Sequence record: PQ758388.1
Strand: one strand, 5' to 3'
Source of the DNA: Pseudomonas phage 5371
Length of the DNA stretch: 59,238 nt
Positions within the stretch are counted from its first letter, which is position 1; the number at the start of each line of letters is the position of its first letter. The position numbers and the translations under genes were made by a program. Of this stretch, positions 37,637 to 46,089 are shown one piece after another. The notes beneath the pieces were generated by a model that searched no databases, was not told where the DNA came from, and saw only the letters and a program-made list of their open reading frames with translations.

Positions 37637-37836
37637 AATTCACCTGTCACCTGATGTTGTTTTCCCACGCGTGATTCGGCTGCCACCGATCCACGCACCG
37701 ACAAAGCCCTGTAGTAGTCGCTCAGGGCTTTGTTGTATCTGCGCCTCCACTCACTCGAACCCATATCCGCCAGCTCTTCAGCAGCGTTAGCCATTGCGGC
37801 GTAGTCAGAGTTCGTGAGACGAGGGCGCATAGTCAC
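37618..37836 (-). CDS. hypothetical small protein
   Basis: ORF only. Confidence 0.3.
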   Translation of the reverse strand: MTMRPRLTNSDYAAMANAAEELADMGSSEWRRRYNKALSDYYRALSVRGSVAAESRVGKQHQVTGELCNLER

Positions 37837-38297
37837 TTCGCCCTGTGCAGTTCGAGCACGGCTCGAACCTCTTCATGCCGGGCAGCCATGTGCTTGGCAT
37901 GCAGGGCCAAGATTTCCTTCGCCTCATCGGCGCTGATCTCACCGTCTTCCAGGGCCAGAGCGATCATCTGATCAACCCGTCCACGCTTAACCGCTGTACG
38001 CAGCGAACGGTGGTGCAGGTCTACGTTGTCCAGATCGCCCGCTTCCGGCGTCCGCACAAACACTCCCCCGTACATCGCGCAGATGTAGTCCGGCAGATAG
38101 GAAGTCCCCATCTCCTGCTCCAGGACGTACAGGTCGCCGTCGCTCAGGGGCTTCACGCCCGCCGTTTCGTACATCTGGTTCTCCAGGCGCTTCAGCGGAA
38201 TCCCCAGCCGCGCGGCAGCGCAATCGCGACCGCCCGGATAGGCATTGGCTACCGTGGTCATTACCTTTCTGCGGGTCTCTAGTACGGGCGTTTTCAT
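37833..38297 (-). CDS. CII-like lysogeny regulator (phage 186 CP76-like family)
   Basis: Position after cro; N-terminal HTH-like TVANAYPGGRDCAAARLGIPLKRLENQMY. Confidence 0.4.
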   Translation of the reverse strand: MKTPVLETRRKVMTTVANAYPGGRDCAAARLGIPLKRLENQMYETAGVKPLSDGDLYVLEQEMGTSYLPDYICAMYGGVFVRTPEAGDLDNVDLHHRSLRTAVKRGRVDQMIALALEDGEISADEAKEILALHAKHMAARHEEVRAVLELHRAK

Positions 38298-38437
38298 GCT
38301 CTAGTTCTTCCCATGAGGTTGGTGCTATACGCTGTCAGCCGTGAATTGAGGGGGCGGCGAAAGCCAGCGCTTCGAATGTGGAGTCCGGCGCAACCGTGGT
38401 AGCTTTTTGCTTCCACACGAAAAGGCCGCGGAGGCCG

Positions 38438-38701
38438 GAGATGACTGACGAAATCGACAAGATCGTTGCGACGATCAACGCGCAGAAAGGCGAACTGATG
38501 GGCATCAACGCCTTCCTTATGGCAATGGCACGCTCGCTAACACCTGCGGAACTCGGGAGGGTTCTCGACGGGTTCGATAACGAAATTGCGCACATGCGAT
38601 CGTTCTTGGCGTACTCGCAACTGCCGGACGAAGTCATTGGGGGTCTCGAGGGCTATGTGAAGACTTGGAACGCGATTCGAACGAGGCCAAACCAGTCTTG
38701 A
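38438..38701 (+). CDS. hypothetical protein convergent with the cro operon
   Basis: GGAGG RBS; overlaps the 3' end of 38634-38978. Confidence 0.25.
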   Translation, partial: EMTDEIDKIVATINAQKGELMGINAFLMAMARSLTPAELGRVLDGFDNEIAHMRSFLAYSQLPDEVIGGLEGYVKTWNAIRTRPNQS

Positions 38702-38978
38702 GAGACTGCGCCCAGAAAGCGTCTCGGCTCTCCTCGTCATCCTTCAGCGCATTCTCGGCAGTCACTTTCTCTGGCCCGGCCAGAACCATTTCGCGGGCCA
38801 GCTCAAGGAAGCGCAGCGCATCCTCTTGGCTCATGCCTGAGTCGAACTGGATGTAGGCCGTTGGCCACTTGTCGATCAGCCGGATTTCACTGGAGCTCTT
38901 CCTCGACGACGTGGCGCCCAGGAAGTAGGCCATCGCCAACGAGGAACCAAAGATCAGGATTTGCATGAATTCGGTCAT
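38634..38978 (-). CDS. hypothetical protein with N-terminal TM segment
   Basis: GGGAGG RBS; first gene after cro. Confidence 0.3.
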   Translation of the reverse strand: MTEFMQILIFGSSLAMAYFLGATSSRKSSSEIRLIDKWPTAYIQFDSGMSQEDALRFLELAREMVLAGPEKVTAENALKDDEESRDAFWAQSLKTGLASFESRSKSSHSPRDPQ

Positions 38979-39010
38979 GGCTGGCCTCCCGGCCGGTAGA
39001 TTGGTCGGGG

Positions 39011-39208
39011 TCAGGCAACGGCCTTGCGCGCCGGGATCGGCCGCGTTTCAACAGCCTCCAACTTCCCGTCGTCACGGATCGTGATGGTTATGTTCCGCTT
39101 GGCGCGGAGCATCTGAGAGATAGCGCTCTGCTGCACGCCAAGCCCTTTGGCCAGATCAGCCTGCGTGCCGTGCTCAGCCAGGTATTCAATGAGGGTTACG
39201 GTCTTCAT
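39011..39208 (-). CDS. cro: Cro-like HTH repressor; start at MKTVTLIEY
   Basis: 65 aa HTH (ADLAKGLGVQQSAISQML), divergent from cI. Confidence 0.7.
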   Translation of the reverse strand: MKTVTLIEYLAEHGTQADLAKGLGVQQSAISQMLRAKRNITITIRDDGKLEAVETRPIPARKAVA

Positions 39209-39241
39209 GGTGTGCTCTCGCTGGAGTCCTGCACACACATT

Positions 39242-39309
39242 AGCACTGCTGTTATTGATTTTTCAAGCAAAACAACAGCAGTGCTGTTTGCATAAATATC
39301 AGCTCTGCT
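39242..39309. promoter_or_regulatory. OR operator/promoter region: three copies of 9-bp palindrome AGCA(G/C)TGCT (39242, 39277, 39301 with one mismatch)
   Basis: Operator motif between divergent cro and cI; AT-rich spacers carry -35/-10-like hexamers. Confidence 0.55.
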
Positions 39310-39323
39310 ACTTAATCACTCGG

Positions 39324-40130
39324 ATGAAAAAGCCCGTAAGAACCCCTCTGTCGCAATCCCAGTTGGACGACGCTAAGCGCCTCCAGGCCATCTACAAGAA
39401 GCGAGTCAAGGAATCGCGTGAACGCGGTGACAATCCAATACTGAACCAGGCTGAGCTGGGTGAAAAATGCGGCTGGAAGTCCGGGCAAAGCACCGTCAGT
39501 CAATACATGACTGGACGCGTTGCGCTTAACCTTGAGGCTCTTGTCAGGCTCGCCGAGCATCTTCGGTTTGAGCCGTCGGAGGTGAGCCCAACCCTGGCTT
39601 CTGGAATCAGGCGCGCCAGTCACCAAGATGGAGTCAAGGCGCCTGAGCGCGAAGCCGCGAACGCGCCATTCCCGGATCGTCTTGATGCTGCCGACCTGAG
39701 CGAGGAGCGATACGCCTTCGTGCCTCAGTACGATGCCAAGGCAGCGGCCGGTTTAGGAAGTGAGAACCCGCATGTTGAGATTCGAGCCACCTTGGCTTTT
39801 AAGCGGGAGTGGCTCAAGGCGAAGGGCGTCAGCCCAAAGAGCTTGGCCGTCATTTATGCGGATGGTGAGAGCATGGAGCCCACCATCAACGATGGTGATG
39901 TGCTCCTCGTTGATTTATCTAAGATTGAGCCTGAAGACCACCAGGTCTTCGTGCTCGCTGGATCTGATGGAGCCATCGTCAAGAGGCTGGTTTCATCCAC
40001 TTTTGGCCGCTGGATAATCCGAAGTGACAACGAGGATAAGGCCGAGTTTCCAGACCGTAACCTGTCGCGCGAAGACAACGACGAGCACCGCATCATAGGC
40101 AAGGTCATCTGGAGGGGTGGGGATTTGTAG
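39324..40130 (+). CDS. cI: CI-like repressor (XRE HTH plus S24 LexA-like autopeptidase)
   Basis: N-terminal HTH (NQAELGEKCGWKSGQSTVSQYM); C-terminal YADGESMEP...AIVKRL with Ser/Lys dyad. Confidence 0.85.
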   Translation: MKKPVRTPLSQSQLDDAKRLQAIYKKRVKESRERGDNPILNQAELGEKCGWKSGQSTVSQYMTGRVALNLEALVRLAEHLRFEPSEVSPTLASGIRRASHQDGVKAPEREAANAPFPDRLDAADLSEERYAFVPQYDAKAAAGLGSENPHVEIRATLAFKREWLKAKGVSPKSLAVIYADGESMEPTINDGDVLLVDLSKIEPEDHQVFVLAGSDGAIVKRLVSSTFGRWIIRSDNEDKAEFPDRNLSREDNDEHRIIGKVIWRGGDL

Positions 40131-40143
40131 CTGAGGAGGAAGT

Positions 40144-40398
40144 ATGGAAGAAACCAGATCTGACCCGAAAAAGAAAATCGAGGACGCCCATGAAAAACAT
40201 GCATGGACGCTAGCCTTTCTGGTATTCGCCATAGCTGGAGCTATTGCCTATGGGCTGGACCATTGGCTTGCTCGATACGCAGGACATCTCTGGGCTGAAT
40301 TGGCGCACTTCGCACTGTACGTGGCGTGTTTCTTCGCGGTCTTTGGGCTCGGATGGTTAAAGGATGCCTTCCTTGGGCGACTGATGCGCGAGCGGTAG
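40144..40398 (+). CDS. small two-TM membrane protein directly downstream of cI
   Basis: Starts 13 nt after the cI stop; two hydrophobic helices. Confidence 0.5.
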   Translation: MEETRSDPKKKIEDAHEKHAWTLAFLVFAIAGAIAYGLDHWLARYAGHLWAELAHFALYVACFFAVFGLGWLKDAFLGRLMRER

Positions 40399-40444
40399 AT
40401 ATAGGCAGATCATGGGGAAGTGAACATGACAGGGACCGGATGCG

Positions 40445-40963
40445 ATGAGCGAAATCATACTCACGGATGAGCAAATTCAGTATCTGCTCACTATTCCAAA
40501 GCGCACAAAGACGCCAAATGCACGTTGGCGCGTTCAGAAAAAGTCCAGGCAGCGCAACTACGATCTGGAGTCCGAGGACGGATCGCTGCAATTTTCCCTG
40601 TATCTGCGTCAGAACATGCGAATCGTTGAGTCCTTTTCCTGCGGCCTTCTCTATTTGCATGCTGGTGGCGAAAAAGTGACTCTAGCTCGCTACAACGGTA
40701 GCGATCACCCACACAACAATCCGCTGGATGGCACTCGCGCAGACAACCACTGTCACATCCATCGAGCCACTGAACGCTACATGGCCATTGGGCGGAAATC
40801 AGAGCACTACGCCGAAAGCACTGACCGCTACACCGATCTAAGCGGAGCTTTGCGGGCAATAGTCGATGATTGCATGATCTCGGGCATTCGCCTCGCCAAT
40901 GCAATGGCAGCAGACGATAATGACGAGATCGACGAGCCTCAACTGGACTTGGACCTAAAGTGA
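40445..40963 (+). CDS. uncharacterised protein A of the cI-downstream cassette
   Basis: 172 aa; His-rich central motif DHPHNNPLDG...HCHIHRATERY; AT-richer codons than flanks. Confidence 0.5.
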   Translation: MSEIILTDEQIQYLLTIPKRTKTPNARWRVQKKSRQRNYDLESEDGSLQFSLYLRQNMRIVESFSCGLLYLHAGGEKVTLARYNGSDHPHNNPLDGTRADNHCHIHRATERYMAIGRKSEHYAESTDRYTDLSGALRAIVDDCMISGIRLANAMAADDNDEIDEPQLDLDLK

Positions 40964-41736
40964 ACATCGACGCATCAGCCCTTCAGAAACAGCTCTGCAG
41001 CACGTTCTGCCAGGATGTGAAGGTCAGCCTGGGCGACGGTTTTGCACGGGTAAATCTGCCAATGACGGGGCGCGATGGAGATGGCTTCACTGCTTATCTA
41101 CAGCCCATACCTGCTGGATGGCGCATCTCGGACATGGGCACCACCATGATGCGTCTCAGCTATGAGAATGATCTTTCGAAGCTGTTTACTGGATCACGCG
41201 GCAAGCTATTCGCAACCATCCTAAAGGAAAGCGGCATTTCCGAGGATGACGGAGACCTATACTTAGAGGTGCCAGCTGATGCCATATCGCGTGGATTGTT
41301 CACCCTTGGTCAGGGCATCACCAGGGTTGAAGATCTGGGGCTATGGACGCATAGCAGAATAGAGTCCACTTTCTATGAAGACCTAGCCACCATATTGGAA
41401 TCAATCCTCCCTCCAGAGCAATTGGAACGAGGCTATGTAGTCCCGGGAGTTCCTAATGGCGACTCATACCCGGTAGATTATTTTATCCGTACCAAGGGAC
41501 GTCCGCTTTACCTGTTCGGCGTAAACAACAAAGAAAAAGCCATGCTTACCACTATCATTCTGCAACATCTGATAGCAGCACAGCAGGATTTTGACTCAAT
41601 GGTGATCTGCGCAAACATTGAGGAAATCCCTAAGCTCGACAGGCGCAGGCTGACGAATGCAGCGAACGATGTTGTCGCCACAATTCAGGATACTGACGTC
41701 ATTCGCAATAAGATCGAACATCGAGTCAGGGCCTAG
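40960..41736 (+). CDS. uncharacterised protein B (DUF1828/DUF1829-like architecture by recollection)
   Basis: GTG start overlaps stop of gene A (GTGA); N-terminal VSLGDGFARVNLPMTGRDGDGFTAYL resembles the DUF1828 pattern. Confidence 0.5.
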   Translation: MNIDASALQKQLCSTFCQDVKVSLGDGFARVNLPMTGRDGDGFTAYLQPIPAGWRISDMGTTMMRLSYENDLSKLFTGSRGKLFATILKESGISEDDGDLYLEVPADAISRGLFTLGQGITRVEDLGLWTHSRIESTFYEDLATILESILPPEQLERGYVVPGVPNGDSYPVDYFIRTKGRPLYLFGVNNKEKAMLTTIILQHLIAAQQDFDSMVICANIEEIPKLDRRRLTNAANDVVATIQDTDVIRNKIEHRVRA

Positions 41737-41751
41737 CCAACTCAGTTAAAA

Positions 41752-41775
41752 GCCCCGCACCCGCGGGGCTTTTCG
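41752..41775 (+). terminator. rho-independent terminator ending the cI operon
   Basis: GCCCCGC-ACCC-GCGGGGC-TTTTCG. Confidence 0.6.
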
Positions 41776-41925
41776 TCCCCGCCCGCCTTTGACAGATGCC
41801 CTCCGCCGTCCTGGGAAGGCAGCAGTCCAGCACAGGACGCCCCTCGATTCCCGTGCGGACTTTTCACATCAGCCGCGCATTTGATACATTGAGGCGTCCT
41901 TGAAGGCACAACACCGAAAGGACCA

Positions 41926-41961
41926 GGCCGCGCCGGAGCCTTCCCCGGCGCGGCCTTTTCG
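41926..41961 (+). terminator. second strong rho-independent terminator
   Basis: GGCCGCGCCGG-AGCCTTCC-CCGGCGCGGCC-TTTTCG. Confidence 0.55.
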
Positions 41962-42103
41962 TTCCCGGCCCTCCCGGCTCTGCGCTGAGCTGACGACAGC
42001 CCTGCCCAGGCGCTGAACTCGATACAGCGCCGCCTTTCCCCGACTGATGCACAAACCCAAGGCCGCCTAGCGCGGGCTTTTTCATGGGCGCGAGAAAAAT
42101 ATC

Positions 42104-42143
42104 AGCAGTGCTATTGACCATTCAATAACAGCACTGCTAATTT
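42104..42143. promoter_or_regulatory. OL-like operator pair AGCAGTGCT / AGCACTGCT flanking a TTGACC -35 hexamer; putative pL
   Basis: Same 9-bp palindrome as at OR; TAATTT -10-like element 18 bp downstream of TTGACC. Confidence 0.5.
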
Positions 42144-42479
42144 ATCCTCAACGCCGCAGAACAACGCAGCGCCAGGCCACCGAGCCGACCGCTCTTTCAC
42201 AACCCGCGCCATGAACGACTACCCGGCACCGCCGGTTAGGTCAGCCCGAGCTGTCTCCTGGCGGGCGAAAGAAATCCAGGGGAAACAACCAAGCCTGCCT
42301 CTACGGCGACCGGCGATCCGACAGGCCCGAAAGCCTGCCAACGCGCAGACCACTGCGACGGCGGACGAAGCGAAATGCTGAACCGAGCGAATGACCCGCA
42401 TGCAGGTACGGAGAAACACCGATTTCACTGGCTGGCCCTCCACCGAGGGCCAGACGGGAAGTCAACGAGGAGATAGGTC

Positions 42480-42809
42480 ATGGCCCGCCAGAACGATATT
42501 GAAACCATTAAGGATTTGTTGCATCGCGGCGAACTCACTGCCGACCAAGCAAATGTCCAGATGGTTCGCAACGATCGGTTCCGCATGGTGATCAATTCGC
42601 TTCCTGCAAGTGTGCGCAAAGCTCTCAATGCTGCGGTGAAAACTGGTGAGCTTGGGCACATGAAGAAAGATGGCCACAAGCCTGAGTGCTATTTCCACCC
42701 TACCTTCAAATATCTGGCTGTTGAGGCCCGCAACAAGCGGGAGTGTGAAATCGCAAGAGCAAGCCGCAGTGCTTTGGCAAGCATGAGTGACATTGTGTCA
42801 CTTGATTGA
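42480..42809 (+). CDS. first gene of the early-left operon (N-position), hypothetical
   Basis: Preceded by a long leader with a boxB-like hairpin GGCCCTC-CACC-GAGGGCC. Confidence 0.35.
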   Translation: MARQNDIETIKDLLHRGELTADQANVQMVRNDRFRMVINSLPASVRKALNAAVKTGELGHMKKDGHKPECYFHPTFKYLAVEARNKRECEIARASRSALASMSDIVSLD

Positions 42810-42901
42810 TCGGATACCCAAGATTCCCTTCGCAAGAGGGGCATCGAAGAAGTCAACACGCCCTGGAGGGCAAGACGGGAAATCAAACGAGGGAAACAGC
42901 A

Positions 42902-43180
42902 ATGAGCCAGATCTCAATAGTAGGCTACGAAAGCGACTGCAATTGCGAGCACTGTGGGCGCGCCCTGAGGCACGGAATCCGTCTTAGCGACGGCAGGCTT
43001 GTGGGCGCCACCTGCCTCGACAAAAAGCTGACCAAGCCGCGCTTGCATCAGGGCAAGTCCTTTCGCTTCGGTGCTGAACACATCATCAAGATTGCAAAGG
43101 TTGTTCAGTTCTACTCGCCGGGCAACTGGGCGCGCTTTGGCGTTTCCGCATCGAGCACGACGTTTGAGGGGGTCGCATGA
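42902..43180 (+). CDS. hypothetical Cys-rich small protein
   Basis: GAGGGA RBS; leader repeats a 50-nt motif also found upstream of 43418. Confidence 0.4.
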   Translation: MSQISIVGYESDCNCEHCGRALRHGIRLSDGRLVGATCLDKKLTKPRLHQGKSFRFGAEHIIKIAKVVQFYSPGNWARFGVSASSTTFEGVA

Positions 43181-43417
43181 AGATCAGACCAAAGGCTGCG
43201 CCCGCAAGCCTGAAAGCAGACGGGCGCGAATACTCGCGCCTAGTTCTTGCGGCATTCAACTGGATCAACGAAGACGATGAAGCCGAGCGGCTCGTAGAGC
43301 TGAATAGCAGGAAACGCGAAGTGAATGAGAACGCAAAGAAGCGGTTTTGAGATTTCCTCAGTCGCCCTTCGCAAGAGGGGCATCGAGGAAGTCAACACGC
43401 CCTGGAGGGCAACAACA

Positions 43418-43603
43418 ATGACGCGCAACGAGTACGACGAGATGGAAGCCACTGCAAACGTGGCATTGGCTGGCCTTCTGGCTGGTGATGGCCAGTGGGT
43501 AAGCAATCCCAACGAACTGGTCAGGCATGCATTCGACATAGCCGAAGCCTTCAATGTCGAGAAGAAGCGCCGACTCGGCGAACGTCCGGAATGGGACAAC
43601 TGA
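43418..43603 (+). CDS. hypothetical small protein
   Basis: Start at MTRNEY after the repeated leader. Confidence 0.35.
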   Translation: MTRNEYDEMEATANVALAGLLAGDGQWVSNPNELVRHAFDIAEAFNVEKKRRLGERPEWDN

Positions 43604-43717
43604 ACCGCTATTGATACGGACCGCCCCGGTTCGCCGGGGCATCACCAGCTCCAACCCATTTGCCCATCCGGGCGCCCTATCGCCCAACCCAGGGCAAACC
43701 TAAAACGGAGAATCGCG

Positions 43718-44662
43718 ATGGCGAGCAAGAAAAAGGCTGCGTCCGAAGAGGTCGTGACCGCTTACAAGGGATTCAAGCAGGACCTGACCTGCCGCGGCTA
43801 CCAGTTCGAGATCGGCGGCACCTACAAGCATGAGGGTGAGGTAGAGGCATGCGCTTCGGGCTTCCACTCCTGCGAGTATCCCCTTGATGTCTTCGGCTAC
43901 TACGCTCCAGGCGAAAGCCGATTCGCCATCGTAAAGGCTTCGGGGCAACTGAGCCGTCACGACGATGACAGCAAGATCGCCAGCGCCACCCTGGTGGTGG
44001 AGGCGGAAATCAGCATGCCGACCATGATCTCGCGAGCAATCGACTGGATCATGGCTCGGTTGGACAACTCGGTTGAGCAGACAGTGGTGGGCGACACCGC
44101 CAGCAACACCGGCGACTACTCGGCAGCCAGCAACACCGGCGACTACTCGGCAGCCAGCAACACCGGCGACTACTCGGCAGCGTCGAACACCGGCGACTAC
44201 TCGGCAGCGTCGAACACCGGCTACCAATCGGCAGCGTCGAACACCGGCAACCGCTCGGCAGCGTCGAACACCGGCTACCAATCGGCAGCGTCGAACACCG
44301 GCGACTACTCGGCAGCGTCGAACACCGGCTACCAATCGGCAGCCAGCAACACCGGCGACTACTCGGCAGCGTCGAACACCGGCGACTACTCGGCAGCGTC
44401 GAACACCGGCAACCGCTCGGCAGCGTCGAACACCGGCTACCAATCGGCAGCCGAGGTCAGCGGCAAGGAGTCCGTCGCCGCATCCCTGGGCATCGAAGGC
44501 CGCGCTCGCGCATCTGCTGGTAGCGCCATCGTCCTATGTCATCGTGACGACGAGGGGCGCCTAATCCATATCCGCGCCAGCAAGGTCGGGGAGAACGGCG
44601 TAGAGCCGGACACCTGGTACCAGTTGAATGCCGAGGGCGAGTTCGTCGAATTCGACGAGTGA
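43718..44662 (+). CDS. repeat-containing protein with 13 tandem nonapeptide (ASNTGxxSA) repeats
   Basis: Conserved N-terminal domain (YKGFKQDLTCRGYQFEIGGTYKHEG...FHSCEYPLDVFGYY), then the repeat array, then a C-terminal domain. Confidence 0.6.
   Translation: MASKKKAASEEVVTAYKGFKQDLTCRGYQFEIGGTYKHEGEVEACASGFHSCEYPLDVFGYYAPGESRFAIVKASGQLSRHDDDSKIASATLVVEAEISMPTMISRAIDWIMARLDNSVEQTVVGDTASNTGDYSAASNTGDYSAASNTGDYSAASNTGDYSAASNTGYQSAASNTGNRSAASNTGYQSAASNTGDYSAASNTGYQSAASNTGDYSAASNTGDYSAASNTGNRSAASNTGYQSAAEVSGKESVAASLGIEGRARASAGSAIVLCHRDDEGRLIHIRASKVGENGVEPDTWYQLNAEGEFVEFDE
44099..44449 (+). repeat. 13 x 27-bp near-perfect tandem DNA repeats (gccagcaacaccggcgactactcggca), in frame within the CDS
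   Basis: 351 bp = 13 x 27; variants encode DYS, YQS or NRS. Confidence 0.85.
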
Positions 44663-45031
44663 GCTGCCATCGAACAGCGAACGAGTCTAGGGGCTAGCGC
44701 AGCCAGACCTGACGCATCCGGGGAAGCGCCCGGCGTTCGCTCCATTTGCCCTGATACGGCAAGAGAGGAATCCATGCCATCACTTGGCGAGTTCGCAGCA
44801 ATGTGGGGATTTCTGCTTCTGACGATGTTTTTGCCGATCCGTTTGAAGCGTCGCCCTATTTAACCGCAAGACGCCTGACAGGCAGGAGAACAGAATGAGC
44901 AAGCTATCACCCCATGAGCTGGGAATCTTGTACTTCAACTTCATCGAATACCGGGATAAGGCATGCAATGGGATGGCGAAAATGAGCATCGCAAAGTTCT
45001 TCGCTATCTATGGCCTTAATCGGTTCAAGGA

Positions 45032-45373
45032 GTGATGCGAATGGCAAATAAACACACTCCAGGGCCTTGGAAGGTTGGAACTCCAGGCCCTAATGGCTGC
45101 TACACAGTTGGCACTCAGGGCGGCCTGATGACGGCAATGATCGCGCATAGCATCTGCGAGCCGGATCAGATCGAAACTGCAAATGCCAACGCCCGCCTGA
45201 TAGCGGCAAGTCCCGATCTTCTGGCGGCCTGCCAAGCCTTCTCTCGCTTATACGGTCGCTTGTGGGACGTAACCGATCCAGTCGGATCCGGGTTCCTTTC
45301 TCCTGAGTCTGTGAAAGATTACGACGCAATCCACCGACTGATGACTGGGGCGATTCAGAAAGCCACCGCCTAA
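45032..45373 (+). CDS. hypothetical protein
   Basis: ORF only. Confidence 0.35.
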   Translation: MMRMANKHTPGPWKVGTPGPNGCYTVGTQGGLMTAMIAHSICEPDQIETANANARLIAASPDLLAACQAFSRLYGRLWDVTDPVGSGFLSPESVKDYDAIHRLMTGAIQKATA

Positions 45374-45380
45374 CCGCGCC

Positions 45381-45647
45381 ATGGCGCATACACACTGGAG
45401 GCAAGATATGGCAGCTGGTGACTACTACTCGTGCGACGTCTGCGGGGGGAAATGCTTCTACGACGCGAACCTGAACTACGAGTGGCCAGATAAGAACGGC
45501 AACGACTCGTGGGGCTACCACATCCCTGCTGACGAGATGATGCTCGGTACGAATTGCAAGCTCGACTACTGCGGCGACATCGCTGCTATCTGTCGGGACT
45601 GCCGGGCGACACACGAGATTGTTGTGCGAGAGAAGAGCAGCGCCTGA
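45381..45647 (+). CDS. hypothetical Cys-rich protein
   Basis: ORF with CxxC pairs. Confidence 0.35.
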   Translation: MAHTHWRQDMAAGDYYSCDVCGGKCFYDANLNYEWPDKNGNDSWGYHIPADEMMLGTNCKLDYCGDIAAICRDCRATHEIVVREKSSA

Positions 45648-45864
45648 CTTCCCCGGCAAGGACGCCACCCTTCAATGGGGATGCGCTACGGCGTGTTCGG
45701 CCAGACCAGAAATGGATGCTCGACAGCACGGGTAAAGAAGCAGCCGTAACCCGGCCATCCCCACCCTACCCCTCATTAGCCCGGCAAGTCCGGGCATTTT
45801 TTCGCCTGTATGACGACAGCGATTCGGAACGCTGCCGCATGCACGCGACCTAGAGGTCAGAGAT

Positions 45865-46089
45865 ATGAACGAAATGTACCTGAACGACGGGGACGCAACC
45901 TTCGTCGGAAGTTTCACAAAAGTCTGCTGGGACCGTGATAACGGCCAGCGTTACTCGTTCGGATTCAAGCCAAATCGCGGGAAAAAGTTCGTCGTGATGC
46001 TACTTGGCGAGGCGGACAAGACCGCCGACGACTTTGACCTTGAGGCTGCACTGAATCGCCTCGGCTTCTACCGGAGAGAGAAGTCATGA
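45865..46089 (+). CDS. hypothetical small protein
   Basis: ORF only. Confidence 0.3.
   Translation: MNEMYLNDGDATFVGSFTKVCWDRDNGQRYSFGFKPNRGKKFVVMLLGEADKTADDFDLEAALNRLGFYRREKS

Noticed and set aside
38298-39010. nutR-like site between cro and the cII-like gene
   Set aside because: No convincing boxA/boxB pair. The interval is occupied by plausible small ORFs.
43700-44443. 247-aa minus-strand ORF with VAGVRRCR repeats
   Set aside because: Reverse-frame translation of the 27-bp tandem repeat array. The forward frame has conserved N- and C-terminal domains.
44099-44449. Possible CRISPR array
   Set aside because: Repeats are contiguous with no spacers, are in frame within a CDS, and there are no cas genes.
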